From the NCBI GenBank assembly GCA_964291295.2, contig OZ219754.1:2336001-2400000 (forward strand): a stretch of 64,000 nt of DNA. The letters run 5' to 3'. Each line of letters starts with the position of its first letter. The stretch's first letter is position 1. The translations under genes were made by a program, and so were the position numbers. The DNA is from an uncultured Candidatus Binatia bacterium. GTDB taxonomy: Bacteria; Desulfobacterota; Binatia; UBA9968; JAJDTQ01. The notes beneath the pieces are model-generated. The model made no database searches and was not told where the DNA came from. It saw only the letters and a list, made by a program, of their open reading frames with translations. Positions 63,172-64,000 of the stretch are shown piece by piece.

Positions 63172-64000
63172 ATGAGCAATGATGATCGTCAGGTGATTTT
63201 CTCTCTGATCGGGGTGGGCAAGGTCCATCCCCCCAGGCGGCAGGTGCTGAAGGACATCCACCTGTCTTTCTTCTACGGTGCCAAGATCGGCGTGCTCGGC
63301 CTCAACGGTTCGGGCAAGAGCACCCTCCTGCGGATCATCGCGGGCGTGGACAAGGAGTATCTGGGGGAGATCGCGTTCTCCAGGGGCTACGCCGTGGGCC
63401 TGCTGGAGCAGGAGCCGCGGATGGATCCCGGCAAGACCGTGAAGGAGGTGGTGGAGGAGGGCTGCTCCCGGATGATCGGGCTGCTGGCCGAATTCGAGAC
63501 GGTCAGCGGCAGGCTCGGCGAGGTGTCGGACGCGGACGAGATGGAGGTGTTGCTGGAGAAACAGGCGCGGCTCCAGGACGAGATCGAGGCGGGTCACGGC
63601 TGGGAGTTCGAGAGCCGTCTCGAGGTGGCCATGGACGCGCTCCGCTGCCCGCCGCCGGATACCAGCACCGGTGTGCTCTCCGGGGGCGAGCGCCGGCGCG
63701 TGGCCCTGTGTCGGCTGTTGATCCAGGAACCGGACATCCTGCTGCTGGACGAGCCCACCAATCACCTGGACGCGGAATCGGTGCAGTGGCTGGAGCAGCA
63801 CCTCGGCCGCTACCGGGGCACGGTCATCGCGGTGACCCACGACCGCTACTTTCTGGACAATGTCGCCGGCTGGATCCTCGAGCTGGACCGGGGCCACGGC
63901 ATCCCTTTCGAGGGTAACTACTCCTCGTGGCTGGAACAGAAACAGGTGCGCCTGGAGAAGGAGGAGAAGTCGTTGTCGCGGCGGCGGAAGACCCTGGAGC
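63172..64000 (+). CDS. ettA: Energy-dependent translational throttle protein EttA (ABC-F), truncated by window end
   Basis: VLKDIHLSFFYGAKIGVLGLNGSGKSTLLRI, LSGGERRRVALCRLL, LLLDEPTNHLDAESVQWLE, THDRYFLDNVAGWILELDRG; GGAGG RBS. Confidence 0.95.
   Translation, partial: MSNDDRQVIFSLIGVGKVHPPRRQVLKDIHLSFFYGAKIGVLGLNGSGKSTLLRIIAGVDKEYLGEIAFSRGYAVGLLEQEPRMDPGKTVKEVVEEGCSRMIGLLAEFETVSGRLGEVSDADEMEVLLEKQARLQDEIEAGHGWEFESRLEVAMDALRCPPPDTSTGVLSGGERRRVALCRLLIQEPDILLLDEPTNHLDAESVQWLEQHLGRYRGTVIAVTHDRYFLDNVAGWILELDRGHGIPFEGNYSSWLEQKQVRLEKEEKSLSRRRKTLE

Noticed and set aside
62563-63897. 444-aa minus-strand ORF
   Set aside because: Antisense shadow of ettA, which lacks a stop in the window and so is missing from the ORF track.

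Overview
High-GC bacterial DNA, half of it a single 32-kb gene (13243-45378, 10,711 aa). This gene encodes a giant surface adhesin with a long signal peptide, dozens of fibronectin type III, Calx-beta and PKD/cadherin-like repeats, and a C-terminal outer-membrane beta-barrel-like domain. Just upstream is a C21 homopolymer inside a short ORF; losing one C would fuse the upstream ATGs in frame to the adhesin, which makes it a candidate phase-variation switch. The left end holds a small accessory, possibly defence, island: an ABC/AAA ATPase coupled to a PD-(D/E)XK-like small protein, and an Rpn-family nuclease with an internal RBS+ATG, bracketed by two inverted IS630 3' ends. The rest is catabolic and transport genes: an LLM oxidoreductase, two hydantoinase/oxoprolinase A-B pairs, a third B subunit fused to an acetone carboxylase gamma-like domain, an SDR, a KDPG-type aldolase, a dihydroxyphthalate decarboxylase-like protein, a three-subunit molybdenum hydroxylase, a split TRAP transporter, a frameshifted epimerase and an alpha/beta hydrolase, ending in a partial ettA. 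The gene content resembles Deltaproteobacteria/Binatota-like marine invertebrate (sponge) symbionts, but this is inference only. No rRNA, tRNA, CRISPR array or reverse transcriptase was seen. All calls come from reading motifs by eye; no searches were run.
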